A DNA stretch of 64,000 nucleotides from NCBI RefSeq assembly GCF_009914755.1, contig NC_060931.1. One strand, written 5' to 3'. The stretch is from the human T2T-CHM13v2.0 reference genome, Homo sapiens. The translations under genes and the position numbers were made by a program. Positions within the stretch are counted from its first letter, which is position 1. Each line of letters starts with the position of its first letter. Under the pieces are notes generated by a model that was not told the origin of the DNA, did not search any database, and saw only the letters and a list, made by a program, of their open reading frames with translations. Positions 1-13,789 of this stretch are shown here, in pieces.

Positions 1-384
1 TGGGATTACTCAAACATACCAGTTACCTAATCTTTCAAGTGGAAAAAATATTTCATTGGTGGTGAAGTAGGGAATGGGGATCAGGGATGAGCAAACCAGA
101 TAAAATATTTTAAAAATTCTATTCATGTACTCCAAAAATCTGGGGCTGTTCTAATCTTAAAACTTGCCTCAGTGGCTGCTGGTTTAGTTGCATGATTATA
201 ATGTATTTTCCTTTCTGTTGCATATTTTTTTTTAAATCAGAGTGTGACAGCATTTTTCTTTGGGTCTTTGCATGTGCATAAGCAGAAAAATCCCAAGCCC
301 TCCACATTTGAAGTAGATATTGGAATAACCATTTTATTTCTGCATCCAAACCATCTCTGGTGTCTTAATGCTACCTGGTAGGCA

Positions 385-575
385 GGGTACTATAGTGGTG
401 AAGGGTTTGTATTAAGACAGACTTTATTTTGAAGCCCAGCTCTGACATTTACTAGCTACTTAAATTTGTGCAAATTATTTAATCTAAGTTTCATTTGCTT
501 TGGCTGAAATATTGTGATATCTTGCTCATATAAACCATTTCACATAGCGTGCAACACTTAATAAGTGTTCAATAA
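385..575 (+). mobile_element. MIR SINE fragment
   Basis: cccagctctgacatttactagct...aagtttcattt...taataagtgttcaataaat resembles MIR consensus. Confidence 0.55.
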
Positions 576-3500
576 ATACTAGTTAGTATTATGAGAATTC
601 TTTTCAACATGATTTTCCTCAAAGGAAAAACATTTTGGTGATGAAGGTCTGGGAATGGGGTGAGTACAGCCATGGGACTTTTGGAAGTCCCTCTAAATGG
701 CTTCATCACCGTCATGAAAAAGTAGTCCAGTTTGAAACTAGGTGAGAGCCCACATACCATCACTTCTGTAGAAAGGAGACAGGGCCAGAAGATGCCACCC
801 TCAGGAAGTCAGAGAGCAGTCTACACTGGGAAATGCAAACTAAGTGGCTCAACTGTGCCCTCTGGAAACTGTATTTTAGAAAAATATCACTATGGACTGA
901 TACACATATTGCCACTGCAAAGTAGGATGAATATTTGAAGGTGTTCTTGTTACTACTAACAAGAAGTCCATGAAAGTTTCACTGTGCACCCATCCTCCAA
1001 TATCTACTCACTTACAAGTTACAGAACCCATATATGAGAAAGCAAATCCTCCTCTGTGCATTTTATATCCCCCCCATTGCCCTCTTAATACCTGCACCTG
1101 AAAACTAGTATTCATTGCTGTAACGGGAGACAGAAGGAGGGAATGGCAGAAACTATAAAACAAAATTGCATTGGATAATTTCTCCGAGTTGTAAGAAGAA
1201 TGAAGGTTATTACCATAATATTCAGAGAAAAAGTAAAGCAATGCTTTGAAGTAGTAACTGAAGACTGAGAAGCAATGCCATAATTCTCTGAAACCTGTTG
1301 TTTCTTCTAGTTGTCTGTTCAACATCATGCAGTTTCTATCTTTTGAGATCCTGCAGGGAAAAAAAATGCCATTGGAAATTTAGGTTTTGAAACCAGTTGA
1401 GAAAAAGAGTTTTCTGCATTTTGAATTTTATATAGCATGATTTATGTTCCTCCATAAGAGAGCTGGAACAGCTCTAGCAAGTTGCCTAATCCCACTGCCA
1501 AGGTGCATATTTAGTCAGGCCAGTTCTTCCACAAGAAATAGATATTCGTCTAAAATGCCACCTCCACCTACATTTCTCTCAATAGCATGTTGGACACACA
1601 CTTCTGCATGTCCAAAATTTCATGGTTAATGGTCCCTTTTTCCAATTATAAGAGAACAGATGATTTAGCTTTGACAAAATGATTAAAGGATATGTATTTC
1701 CTACATCAGTGACTTAAACTCTCATATTTAGAAATAAATTATGCAGCAATTTGATATGAACCATCCTGCATAAAACAGCCTGTAGTCACCAAATCTTTCA
1801 ACTAGCCTGTTTTCACCACTGAACCATTATCAGTCTTGTGGGTAAGAATTACAAATATGAATCTCCTCCTTACCCTTTTGTTTCACCAACATTTTCCCAT
1901 TAGATTAGATGCTGAGTGCAGTCATGTAAACCTCCCAAGAATCATGACCTACGGATAAAAAGCTACTTCTCGACCTAAGTGGAGTCAGCCACAGAATAAT
2001 TTATGCACTAGTTCCTTCTCCTTGTACTTAGCAAGTTGTTTTAAATTTCCACAGGTCATGGTGGTTCTATAAATATTTTATATACATCAATATACATAAA
2101 TGTTCTTGCCCATGCATACTAAGGCAATCTCTAAATAACATCAAGTAGCTCCAAGACTGGCCTCTCCAGTGACCTGCTAAAGCAGGCTTTGTGTTTTTGC
2201 ACATTTGGAAGTGGCCTCAGCTGTTGGTACACCCACACACACACACAACCAGTGTATCTCCAATAGTGTGTCAAACTTTTCCAGCTGTCCTTTACTTGTC
2301 CACCAATGCATGCCTTTTGCCATTCTTTCACAATTGGTCATGTGCACAATTTCTATCCCAAATCCTACTGTGTCATGTGCACTATTTGTATCCTAAATCC
2401 TACTTAATATACTATAAAAACTTGCTAAGGAAGTGACAGAAAAAAAAAATAAGCCTGACTTCTCAATGGGACTTAGCATTATATGGTCACATGAATTTCC
2501 TGTATTACCCTGATCTTAGAGATGTATTAGTACATAGATTTGTTTTATTCTGGGGTCTATTTCCAACTTACAGTAATGATAATCATTTAAAATAGTTTGT
2601 TTCAGTATAGGACATTAGAGTAATACTTGCATTCAAGTGCATTTATCCATTGACTCTGAAAATAAATCATACTTCTGGAAATTTCTGAAGACTCAGGAAT
2701 ATTAATTAGGAAAACATTTCCTTACATTTCTGTTCTTTCTTGCTTTAGTCACCATTTCCTATTAATATTTAAGAAACTTGTATATTTAAAAGCTTTCTGG
2801 GGAAAACCTTCAAAAAAAATTCCTTTACAGTTTTACAATGCCTATCTCTACCCTCAATTTTGTGGAAAATCTTACCAATGTGTAGAGCGATAGTTTTTCA
2901 ACCAAGTTGAAAGATACCCCAAAGTTTATTATGTCAAGCAGTTCATATGTAGGATCATTACCACAATCCTAATATCACAAGGCAAGACCAAGATACAAAG
3001 ATAAGGCTACATTGAAGTGTTAAGCTGCCATGCATTGGAAAGGGCAACTACATTTCTTTTTTCTGTGCATATAAGTTACCCTATCTTTTCCAACAACCTA
3101 TCAAATACCATTTAACAGTAGCACATAATTAGTGAAGTAGGCTTTGCAAAGTCTTTACAGAATCAAAACTGAACTCAAATGCACAATCTATTTGTTTTTC
3201 CTAAGCTGGTCGAATGATCTTGGTTAGTGATTTAGACAATTTGGAAACAAACAAACAAACAAAAAACACAAGAAAAATACCGTGATTCCCATATCAAATC
3301 AGTTTTTTGGCTGTTTTGAGTTTTTGGAAAACAAAGTGATGAAAGTGCTAAAGCAAACAGGGTGCTAAAGGGCTCATGTAGTGTGCGCAGACTACCTCTT
3401 TTTGCACAGTCTAACTGGTCTAAACCGTGTCAAGTTAACGCAGTATGTTGGCTATAGAACTTTTGCGTACTGGTGCGGATCTAAAGCAACCATCTGGCTC

Positions 3501-5399
3501 AGAATCCACTTGAACTTCCTAAACATCTCTGGGCAGCAAGTCCATTATAAGCATGTTCTATAGCATCCAGATATTCAACCATGGCCAAAGAAAGGCCTCT
3601 TAAATGGAATCATAAGGCCCATTTACTGGTGGTTTGGTAAGAATGTGGTTGAAATACTAGGGCTATGCTTGTATCTACAGCAAAGTTCAGAAAACTTAAA
3701 AAAAAAAAAAAAGAAAAAGAAAAGAAAAAAACCCTTACACTTGAATGGTCAGGTGTAGTTTTGAGCTTTAGCTGACAGAATTAAGAGAAAGTTTGGCCCT
3801 TATGCATTCACATCCTTGCTCAATAAACAAACAAAACACAAATGAGTCTCCTCCTCCAGAACTAGTTTTTGTCCCTAAAAATGGAGATTCAAATGCATTT
3901 CTTAATTCTACTTGCTGAGCATTCCCCAATCACCACAATATGCTTAGGAACACACTCTCCTTTCTGTTCTCTGCCTCCTTAGATTCCCACCCTGGTTTAA
4001 AAAAAAAAAAAAAAAAATTTGGTCAGACGCTGATTTAAAGAACTAAATTATACTTGCCTTTAACACAACTATAGAACTGAGACATAAACAGCTTTGTTTT
4101 CCCATAGTTAACCGGACATGATAATGCCTTTTCATTTGTTTCTTGTATTTGTTTCACAAATACGAGATCCACATTTTATTTTCCTGCCTCTTTTCCGGTA
4201 AGGTTGAAATACATGCAACCAAGTTAGGATCTCCCTCTCTCTCATCAATAATAAAGCCAGGAAGTTGGATTTGAAGCATTGTTTGTCCTTGTGGTCCTTG
4301 GAAGAACTCCCGGTCTTTAAATTGACAGTGCAGCTGTCGATCAAAATTATTCAGAAAATTAATATATTCTTAATTTTCTGTCAGACAAGTTGATTGTAGA
4401 CTTATGAAATACTTATGTCTAAGTAAAAACAATGCCTATAGTTTCTGTAAGAAACTAACAAAAATAATTTGGATGTAGAATGAAAAGCTCAACCTCATTT
4501 CAACTCTGTACTAGATGACAGAAGTGCCCTGTGATGACCAAATGCTCGGGCAATGTAGGGTGACTGCCGCCAATGAGCCAAAATACAATCACATGCATCA
4601 GAGTCAGAGGCTGGCTCCTCAAAACAAGCCAGCTTTTCTGGTTAGAGATGGACATAGGATGTTGGCGGCATCTATCAACACCCAGATGATATGAGAAAGG
4701 GTGACATTTGTAGCCATATACCTTTCAGAAACAAACTAAATCTGCATTTATCCTTAAGAAAAAGAGAAAGGCATACAATAGGATTATGGTGCATGAGAAA
4801 GAGCAGCTGAACTAGTCAGATCTGGCTTCTAGTAGATACTTTAACCTCGGGCAAGCCCCATAAGCACTGTGAATATGAATGAGCACCCTCACCTGCAAAA
4901 TTAGAGAACAGGCTTGGTGGTGTCCACATGCCTGTTCTCATGTAACTCATGTAACTCAATGGTCCAAACGTCTTTCATTTATGAAATAAGTATTTTAGAT
5001 TTAAATGATGTAAATGTGGGTGGGGACCTATCCTATCCACTGTTGTATCTTAATGTCCACCACACATTTAGTTCATAATATGATATTGATGCTTAAAAAA
5101 ATCCTTAAAATTAGGCTTTGATGAAAATCTTCACATATCTAGCAACAGCTAAGACAAGACAAAATTTAGGTCATGAAATGCTAAGCAATTCAAGACAGAA
5201 AATAGTGTTTTGTTCAAGTTCCATAATGCAATCTGATACTGCTGAAATTGAACTTGCTGTTAAATAGAAACTTTTTTTTAAAAAATCCTAAGGTAGATTT
5301 TTTGTGGTTGTTAAATAATTCAGGGACTACTTCAAGTTTACTAGAAACGCCCCAATACACAAGTATCTGATTAGACTGAAACCACCTATAAATTACAAT

Positions 5400-5468
5400 C
5401 TCAAAATAATTTTTACTCCAATAATTTTTACTCAAAAAAATTTACTCAAAGTTTTACTCAAAATAATT
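5400..5468. repeat. Degenerate ~14-15 bp tandem repeat (aataatttttactc)
   Basis: Four to five imperfect copies of ...ttttactcaaaa. Confidence 0.6.
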
Positions 5469-6669
5469 GTGTGCTATCTTATCTTGACTTGTCAATCTTG
5501 ATGGTGTGCATGGCCAATTTAGAGTTACACTGGACTTGTGTAATAGTTAACACTGTATCAACAGTTAGTTAGCACAATCTGTGATGCTTTTCTTTTTTTG
5601 GAAAAACCTATGGCAGATGCATCCGGAGACAAATTTTTCAATAGGCTCCTCACGGCAATGGAGGATGCCAAGTATCACATACAGAAGTAAAGGCAGTAGC
5701 TGCAAAGCATGTTCTCTAACATATTCATAACAGTGTACTATACCTTTCCTAGAGGCTTCCTTAGAAAGCAAAGTTTTTTTTTTAATCCATGAATAAATGA
5801 CCAAGAGATTATAAAGAATGCTGTGTTTTGGAGGTGAGATGTGACAATGTCAATAAATGTGGAAGGTAAATTTCCCAACTTTTCCATACAGGCTTTTCTA
5901 TTGTACTATAAATAAGCCTTATCTCTATATTTGTCCTTTAGGAACTCCGTTTCTAAAACAAGAGTTATCTCGGGAATCCCCTCTGTTGATTAGATAAAAA
6001 TGACCTGACAGAAACAATTCTTAGGCATCTTTAAAAAATTATTTTAAAAGTCTAATATATTCTTAAGTGTTCACATTTGTACAACAGAAACAACTTTTTA
6101 ATAGAACGTATTACTCTTGAAATGGTTGTTAAATTTGGCCAAAGCTCTTAAAAGGAATTTTGTAGCATCCTACACTCTGAATTCCGCAACTCAGTTTAAT
6201 CTTCAGACACCCACTTGTGCCAGGGTCAGTGAAACAGAAAATTCTATCTATCAAAAACAGAGTTTACCGTTTAAAATGAGCACCCTCTTTGATATCATTT
6301 ATTAAAAGCTACTTATGTCCCATACAAACTGCTATATTTGGCATTTATTGAAACTACCAATAAACTCCAATATCATTCTGATTTAGAAAACTTCAACATT
6401 TCTGGTATGTGGAAGAGTTCCAAACAGTTTGACCTTGCAATGTCAATGCTCTGTGAACGACAGCAGTGGCTTCTAGGGGAGCTGCTGAGCAGCTGTCATG
6501 TTTCCCAACAGAACAGGGTGCAACATTCTTCTGCTCACCATGTTTATTTAATGGCACACTCTAACTCTCAGGGCATGCAGTCTGCTGAAAACATCAACCA
6601 TTATCATTGATCGCTCTGTACCCTTCACTATACAGTTTAAAAATTTTAAACCTATTTTACTCTCTTAAC

Positions 6670-6723
6670 AATAAACAAATGAAACACATTATTTTATTCT
6701 ATTTGGGTCAAATTAATTTTATT
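6670..6723 (-). terminator. Polyadenylation signals: two AATAAA (6718-6723, 6693-6698) followed by a GU/U-rich downstream element
   Basis: Minus strand reads AATAAAattaatttgacccaaatagAATAAAataatgtgtttcatttgtttattg. Confidence 0.75.
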
Positions 6724-8042
6724 ATGCTCCATGATGAATTGCCACCAGTGCAACATCCTATTCACTATACATTTCAAAAAAAGAATTCACATACTAAACA
6801 AAATTTCAGTTGTCTGAAAATGAAATGATTGAAAGTCTTTATGAATCTCATACATACAATATGTGGCTAGCTGAAATTGTCTATCACGTAGCATTTAGAT
6901 ATAAAAAGCCTCATGCTAGTTTGTTAAATGCAAAGGCTACCAGACGACCATTTAGCTGGAGAATATACGGAAGGCTTTCAGACAACGCACAGGTATAGTG
7001 CTGCTCACAGTGCAGGATGGTAGAGGACTGAAACATGCAACCTTACACCTTACTTGGTAAAGCAGATTTAGTCTTCATGCCTGGACTGAACTCCACAGCT
7101 GCTGTGTTTCAACCAACAGTAATTTAGACTTTTTGTAACAACAACCAATGTCTTTTTCTTCTTTAAGAAAAAAAGAATAAATTAATTACCTTTGGCAAAT
7201 TATATATCCATTTTACATGTTTAAAATTGTGCTTTGAACTCGAAGAATGGGTACTCTCTGCTGAGAGAAGTTCCTGATAAATATATATTATACCAAAGTC
7301 AGCTGGAAAATCTAGAATTTCTTGGCCACAAGTTAAGAGAGATCTTAAATTGGCATTACCCTGAAGACATTTCTAGGAAATTTAAAATGTTTTTTATATT
7401 GTCAAAAAGAAAAAATTTTTTCAATTAACATTACTTAAAATAATTATAATGTTCCATTTAACTTTTGTACAAACTCCTGATTTTATTGGTTAGTAGTTGT
7501 CCAGCCTCATCTGCACCAGATTGACTGAGCTCAAGCCACAATAAAAATGATAGTAAGTAGAAAAAGGTTTCTAGCAGCAGAGGGCACTGTTGTTGCAAGA
7601 AACAAAAAGTCTAGAATCTTTCCCATGTGCTTAAATTACTCTTGCAAGAAAGATAACATTCTTTGAATAACTTAAGTATTTTACTGCACCACTTACTGCT
7701 TTCAGCAACAAAACCTTTTAAATTATTTCTTATGATAACTAGATGCATGATCACTAGAGATTATGTAATAAATGGTTAAAATTCAAGCCACATCTTGCAG
7801 GTCCAGCCTGTCAAGATCTGCCAATACGAGATTTTGGTTGGTACAATTCTAGATAGCGTAATTTTTAGTTGGATATTGTGACTATAGTAATGAAATACAT
7901 TTGGAACTACATTATGCATATTACTCAATGTGAGAAAAATATGTTTGTATTTAAATCAGATAATTTTCTACCTAAAATTTAAAGTAGGTAGGTATGATAA
8001 TTAGCATTATAAATATGAAACAACCACCTTTAGGCAGATTAG

Positions 8043-9228
8043 TGTAGTGTAGAGAGGCAAAGAAACCCTAATTTTAACACACCATTTAGTATGCATAACA
8101 AATGTGCAGGTTGTAAAGTTTTATCTTAAAAAAAAAAAAATCTATCATTCAGTTATCTGTTCCAAGAACTCTGACATTGGGACCACCAATCTTTTAAGAA
8201 AAATGTAACTCTTCACATGCTATTTGACAAAAACCCTCAAAAGTTATCCAAATCAATGCATGTTCGGTTCCGTGTTTTAGCGCACACCTTTGCCAACTAG
8301 ATTACATTTTTATGGTTGGTATTTCTGAACACCTCAATCCACACAAAGTGCAAAATAAAAATGCTAAAATTCTACAGTATTTTAGTACTATTCTGATTTG
8401 TATAGTTTTTTTAACCAAATATTGGAGTTACCATAATATTACCTCAGTTCATGTAGAATGAAAACTACTCCCTAAATCCCTGAAACTCCAACTTAAATTT
8501 TGTTTCAGAGTAATACCAAAAAAATTTTCAAAAATTTTGCTAAAAAGAGCCTGTCACATTTGCTACAGCATAAAAATAACCCCAGTCAATAACAAGTATT
8601 TAAGGGCTCCTTATGATCCCAGTCTGCAAATACCACTGCTATACCAATAACAGGCAGTATTACTGTAAGAGGTGTGTTAATCGTCTTCCCCACTAGTATC
8701 TCTGTAGTGATTTTATGTAGAGCATATTGCTAAAATTTGAGAAACTACATCGGTGTAGTGATGTCTACAGAACTGTGCAATGTATCAGCTTCAACATTCA
8801 TATGTAGCATTGTATTCAAAATAAAGGGGCTAAAGAAACTAAGGTCTGCATCACTTAAAAAAGAATGTAGTGCTATACTAGATTTTTTTTTAAGAAAATT
8901 TAGGTACAGAAAAAGTAGGGTATGAAAATAGTGTTTTCCTTCTGGCATTATAAGTAAATTACATTAAGGTTTTTGTCAGTCTCACATATAGTATTTAAAC
9001 TCCCTTGTTGATGGAATGAAAAATATTCACAAATCAAGTGAGCATCCTGGTGTAAACTTGCACACAATAACAGGGAGTAGCTTTGTAGAGGATTACGACA
9101 AACCTTTACAGATTAAATGAGGTATTGCACAGATTAAAAAAAAGCAAAAAAGGCAACAAAAATATACAGCAAATTGGTAGAACATTTACATGATAATTTT
9201 ACAGAATCCACAGACAGAAAGTAGTGTT
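8043..9228 (-). promoter_or_regulatory. Cluster of miR-142-3p seed sites in WASL 3'UTR
   Basis: ACACTACA 8043-8050; CACTACA 8703-8709, 8754-8760, 8866-8872; AACACTA 8929-8935; ACACTAC 9221-9227. Confidence 0.8.
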
Positions 9229-9246
9229 TAGTATTTCACCTTAAAA

Positions 9247-9270
9247 ATATATATATATATATAATATATA
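9247..9270. repeat. (TA)n microsatellite just after the stop codon
   Basis: atatatatatatatataatatata. Confidence 0.85.
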
Positions 9271-9272
9271 GA

Positions 9273-9334
9273 TCAGTCTTCCCACTCATCATCATCCTCA
9301 AAATCTTCTTCATCATCTTCATCTTCATCTTCAT
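9273..9334 (-). CDS. WASL: WASL exon 11 coding part, acidic Arp2/3-binding tail (DEDEDEDDEEDFEDDDEWED*)
   Basis: ttgtag|AT GAA...TGG GAA GAC TGA; stop at 9273-9275. Confidence 0.97.
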
Positions 9335-9689
9335 CTACAAGAAAATCAAGACAATTAAAACATATGCATAAATAAAATGACATTACATAATTCTTGGGTG
9401 GTTTCTCCAATTATTTAACTCCTGAAACACAGATAATGTGACTCCCAGAAGAATCTAGTTACTAAAACAGTTTAAAGTGAATCTAAAGAAATATATCTAT
9501 AGAGTATGATAGTAAACTAAAGATTAAAACAGGGCTTAGAAGACAATGGTTCTAGTTCCTTAATATCTATGTGACAAATTTCAACCTGTTAATGTATAAA
9601 ATCATCTGGGTTGACCTTTCTGTCACAAATCCAACTACCTTCTTGTACTCTTCATATGGATTCTCAAACTCAAAACTTCTAACTTTTAT

Positions 9690-10482
9690 TTCCTTCCCCA
9701 ATCTTCTTTTCCTGCTCCATCCTGGTCTGCTGCTCCATCTCAATAAATGGCATCACCATCCTGTCACATAATCAGGCCAAAAACCTAGAAATTATTATTA
9801 CTTCCTCCTTTTTCACGATCCAATTATCAAGCCTGCTCTTTTTCACCTCTTTCACTGCTACTCTCCACACCACCATCACATCCTGCTTGGATTATTGCAA
9901 CTCTAGAGTCTATTTGACTCAGAGCAAATGGAGTGATATTATTTAAATTTCAAGTTTAAAAAATATGTTGCTACCCTTCTTAAAGTCCTCCTGTGGCTAC
10001 CACTGCTATTTGAATGAAATCTGATGCTACCTCCCTCCATAAGACCCTACATGATTTGTCCAGTTATTGTCTCTCTCTCTCCCCAAACTTCTCTCATATG
10101 TACTCTCCCTTCAAGTCACTCTCTCTAGTAAGATGGTCTCCTTTCTGTCCCTTAAACTCACCAATCTTATTCTGGCTTTAGAACTTCTGCAGTAGCTATT
10201 TCTTCGTTAAACTGAATCTTTTCATCATTTAGAAACCATTCATAAACTACTTCCTCAGAGAGGCCTTTCCTGACCATCATATGTAAAGTATAGCTCTTCC
10301 CCATAATCAGTAACGGCCTATCCCATTTTACTTTCCTCATATCACTTGCTAATATCTAAAATTATTGTACTTTATCTATTAAGCTCCATGACAGCACGGA
10401 CCTTGCCTATCTTATTTCTCACTGTATCCTCAACACCAAAACAGCACTACACACCAGCCATTCAATAAATATTTGTTGAAGG
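9690..10482 (+). mobile_element. L2 LINE 3' fragment
   Basis: Ends in cattcaataaatatttgttgaa (L2 3' terminus); internal L2-like motifs. Confidence 0.7.
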
Positions 10483-10549
10483 AATATTTAGTTATCAGAT
10501 TTTATAAGCATACTTCTATATTATACTGACTTTCCATATTTAACCTCTT

Positions 10550-10658
10550 CATATATCTATATATAAAATATGTATAAATATATACACCTATAAATATATA
10601 AATACATATACCTATATATAAATATATATATATAAATATGTATATAAATATATATATA
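10550..10658. repeat. TA-rich low-complexity repeat
   Basis: atatatctatatataaaatatgtataaatatatac... Confidence 0.85.
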
Positions 10659-11462
10659 GGACCCATGAAGGCCAAGTATATAAAGTGGGACAGTGGCTGA
10701 GTAATTGTACTTGATAATGATAAAAAGCCAGTAAGACTAGGTGACATACGTGTGGGTTACATGTACAGAACACAGAACAATCTTTTTCTTCTATTTTTCT
10801 CATGTAAAATTGATTGTGTGAAGGTAGTATTTGAAGAAGTACTGGAGCTCTAGTATTAGAACTTGAAAATTAACAGAAGCCCAAGAGAAGCAACATTATC
10901 TTCTCTTAGCCCTAAACTAAGTTGTTACTTTTAAAACGATAATTATTTATTATTTATTTATTTATTTATTTAAGTCTCATGGTCAGCTCTAAATTGTTAC
11001 AGAATTTATTTGGAAAGGAGTTCAATTGAGTCATGTTAATTTCTGTTTACTCTTCTAGCAAGGGAAATAATTTGCTACCAGATTTTGCTAGACATGCTTC
11101 ACAAAATTTACCTGGATGAAAAGCATCAAAGACACCTGACTATGCTGGCATTACAGACTGACAAAAGACAGAAACTTATCAGTATCTATGGTGAAGAGGA
11201 AGAAGTAGCTAATAATTTCATCATCAGGTACTACCACAGAAATACTAACAGTTAAAATAAATGGGTCTGAAAATAAGTAAAAACCATCCTATATTTTCAT
11301 TATATTAGCGTGACTATTACATACTATTAAAAAAAAACTTATTGTAGGGAAATATTTAGCAGAACTCACAGATACCAGCATAGAATAAATGCTTTTTCAG
11401 AATCATGTAGTTCACAGAAGCCTTACATTTCTTTATGAATGAATGAAGACCTTTCTTTATCT

Positions 11463-11619
11463 CTTCCTAGCAAACAACCTCTAAACAAAGCTTGAGATTT
11501 TTAGATCTCATTCCTATGACATTACTATGACATAAAAAATTCAGGCAGTTTACCTCATCTGTGAGGATTAGGGCTAAGAATTTAGGTAATTTTCACTGTT
11601 TTTATGCTAAAGAAGACTA
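11463..11619. repeat. Left arm of long non-Alu inverted repeat in WASL intron 10
   Basis: 11463-11545 is the reverse complement of 13411-13493 (80/83); 11541-11619 pairs imperfectly with 13010-13093. Confidence 0.95.
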
Positions 11620-11689
11620 TACCATAAACATAACCATAACTTTAAATACCAGGTGTCTATGTATATCCTACTGACATGCAATTTAACAA

Positions 11690-12510
11690 TTCAGACCTCT
11701 CCTGTGACTTCCAGACTCATAACGAAATGCCTACTCCACATCTATAGTTGAATTAATAGGTATCTCAAATTTAATATGTAAAATCAAACTCCTAATCTTC
11801 CCTCTCAAACTTTTTCTTCGTAAGTCTTTCCCCTTTCCAGTTGTTCAAGTCAAAAACCTTGGAGTCATTTTGCACTCTTCTTTTTCTTCAACCTTCACTT
11901 TCAAACCATCATCAAAACCAGTGATCTCCACATTCAAAATATAATTAATATTTAACCACTTCTCATTGGTGCTATAAACCTGGTTCAAGCCTCCATCACC
12001 TCTTGCTTGGATCATTACTACACCTCTGCTAAAAACCCTCCAATGGCTTCCCATCATATGCAGAATAAAAGCTAGTGCACTTTCAGGGGTCTCCAAAGCC
12101 TTACCACTGGCCTCCTACTACTTCTTGTATTTCATTCCTTACTATTCTTTCCCTCCCTCCCTTGCAAGCTCCGTGATCTCCTCATTGTTTCTCAACCTCA
12201 CAGACTTTATATTTTCTGTTCTTTCCATCGGATACACTTTCCCTAGTTTTCTACATGGTTCACTTCCTGAACTGCTGGTCTTTTCTCAAATGTCACCTCA
12301 GTTAGGCTTTATTGTCCCTTATCATCCTTTATCATTTCAAAATGAACCTCTCTCTCAACAGTCTGCCCCCTATTTCCCTTTTCTGTTAGACTTTTGTCCT
12401 TACTTCATGTCACCATTTAACATACTGTATGTTTTTCTAGTTTTCTTTGTTTATTGCTTGTCTCTCTCTCTCATTAGACCTAATGCATGTCGATGAAGGC
12501 AGGGACTTTT
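11690..12510 (+). mobile_element. L2 LINE fragment
   Basis: gtcaaaaaccttggagtcatttt, aaaccctccaatggcttccc, gaaggcagggac are L2 hallmarks. Confidence 0.7.
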
Positions 12511-13009
12511 TTTTTGTTAAAATTTTATTATTATTCCACAATAAATATTTATCTCTATCTCTGTAATGGAGGGTAGGTACAAATATGCCTATTTAAGGAA
12601 AACAAACATTGCTCAAGGATCTTAAGACATGGACATCCTTACAGAGAAACAAAAGGAAGGTAACATTTATTAAGCACCTACTATGTGCTAGGCAATCTGC
12701 AGGTTAGTGACATACTATTTAATTCTCACATCTATATGTTTTGTGAGTTCTCTGAATGTAACAAACAAGAAACTGAGGCTCACAGAGATTAAATAAATCT
12801 AAGAAGAAAGATCTGATTCTAGCACATCATGTTGGAGAAGCTATTTAGCAAACCTCAACTACTCCAATCAGCAAAACTCATATTCTTGTTCTTTCTTTAA
12901 AGGAATATTTATATGGTGGTATGTATATGTTTAATAATAACCTCAGAATAGGTACTGGTTTCTTCAAATCAACCTTTTAGAAAATGAAAAAGAAAGGTTT
13001 AAAAAAAGT

Positions 13010-13493
<484 letters not shown>

Positions 13494-13734
13494 TCTATTA
13501 GCATTTCCTGATATAGGAAACAAAACTGTCAATATTCCCAAAGCTGTTCTTTCAATTTATGGCTATGGCTGTGGTGGTGTTGCATTTGTTAAGTCTCAGA
13601 GAGACTAGTCACACAGGCAACAACTTTTTAAAATACATCCTAGAGCCCACATCAGTAGTTACTCAATTAGCAGAGAGAAAGCTAGCAAAGACAGTCATAA
13701 AAATAACAGAACGTCAAACATTCAAATTTATTAA

Positions 13735-13748
13735 ACACACACGCACAC

Positions 13749-13787
<39 letters not shown>
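13735..13787. repeat. (CA)n + (TC)n microsatellite abutting the exon 10 donor
   Basis: acacacacgcacactctctctgtctctctc...ctctct|ac. Confidence 0.9.

Positions 13788-13789
<2 letters not shown>

Larger units (their letters stand above)
6690..9272 (-). other. WASL: WASL 3'UTR (~2.6 kb, AU-rich, no recognisable interspersed repeats)
   Basis: Runs from the stop codon to tandem AATAAA signals; many miRNA seed matches; 3' end approximate. Confidence 0.8.

Noticed and set aside
1-6660. Separate gene or muscle enhancer (several CAGCTG E-boxes, short ORFs) downstream of WASL
   Set aside because: ORFs have no recognisable homology and the E-box hexamers occur at about chance frequency; not supportable from sequence alone.
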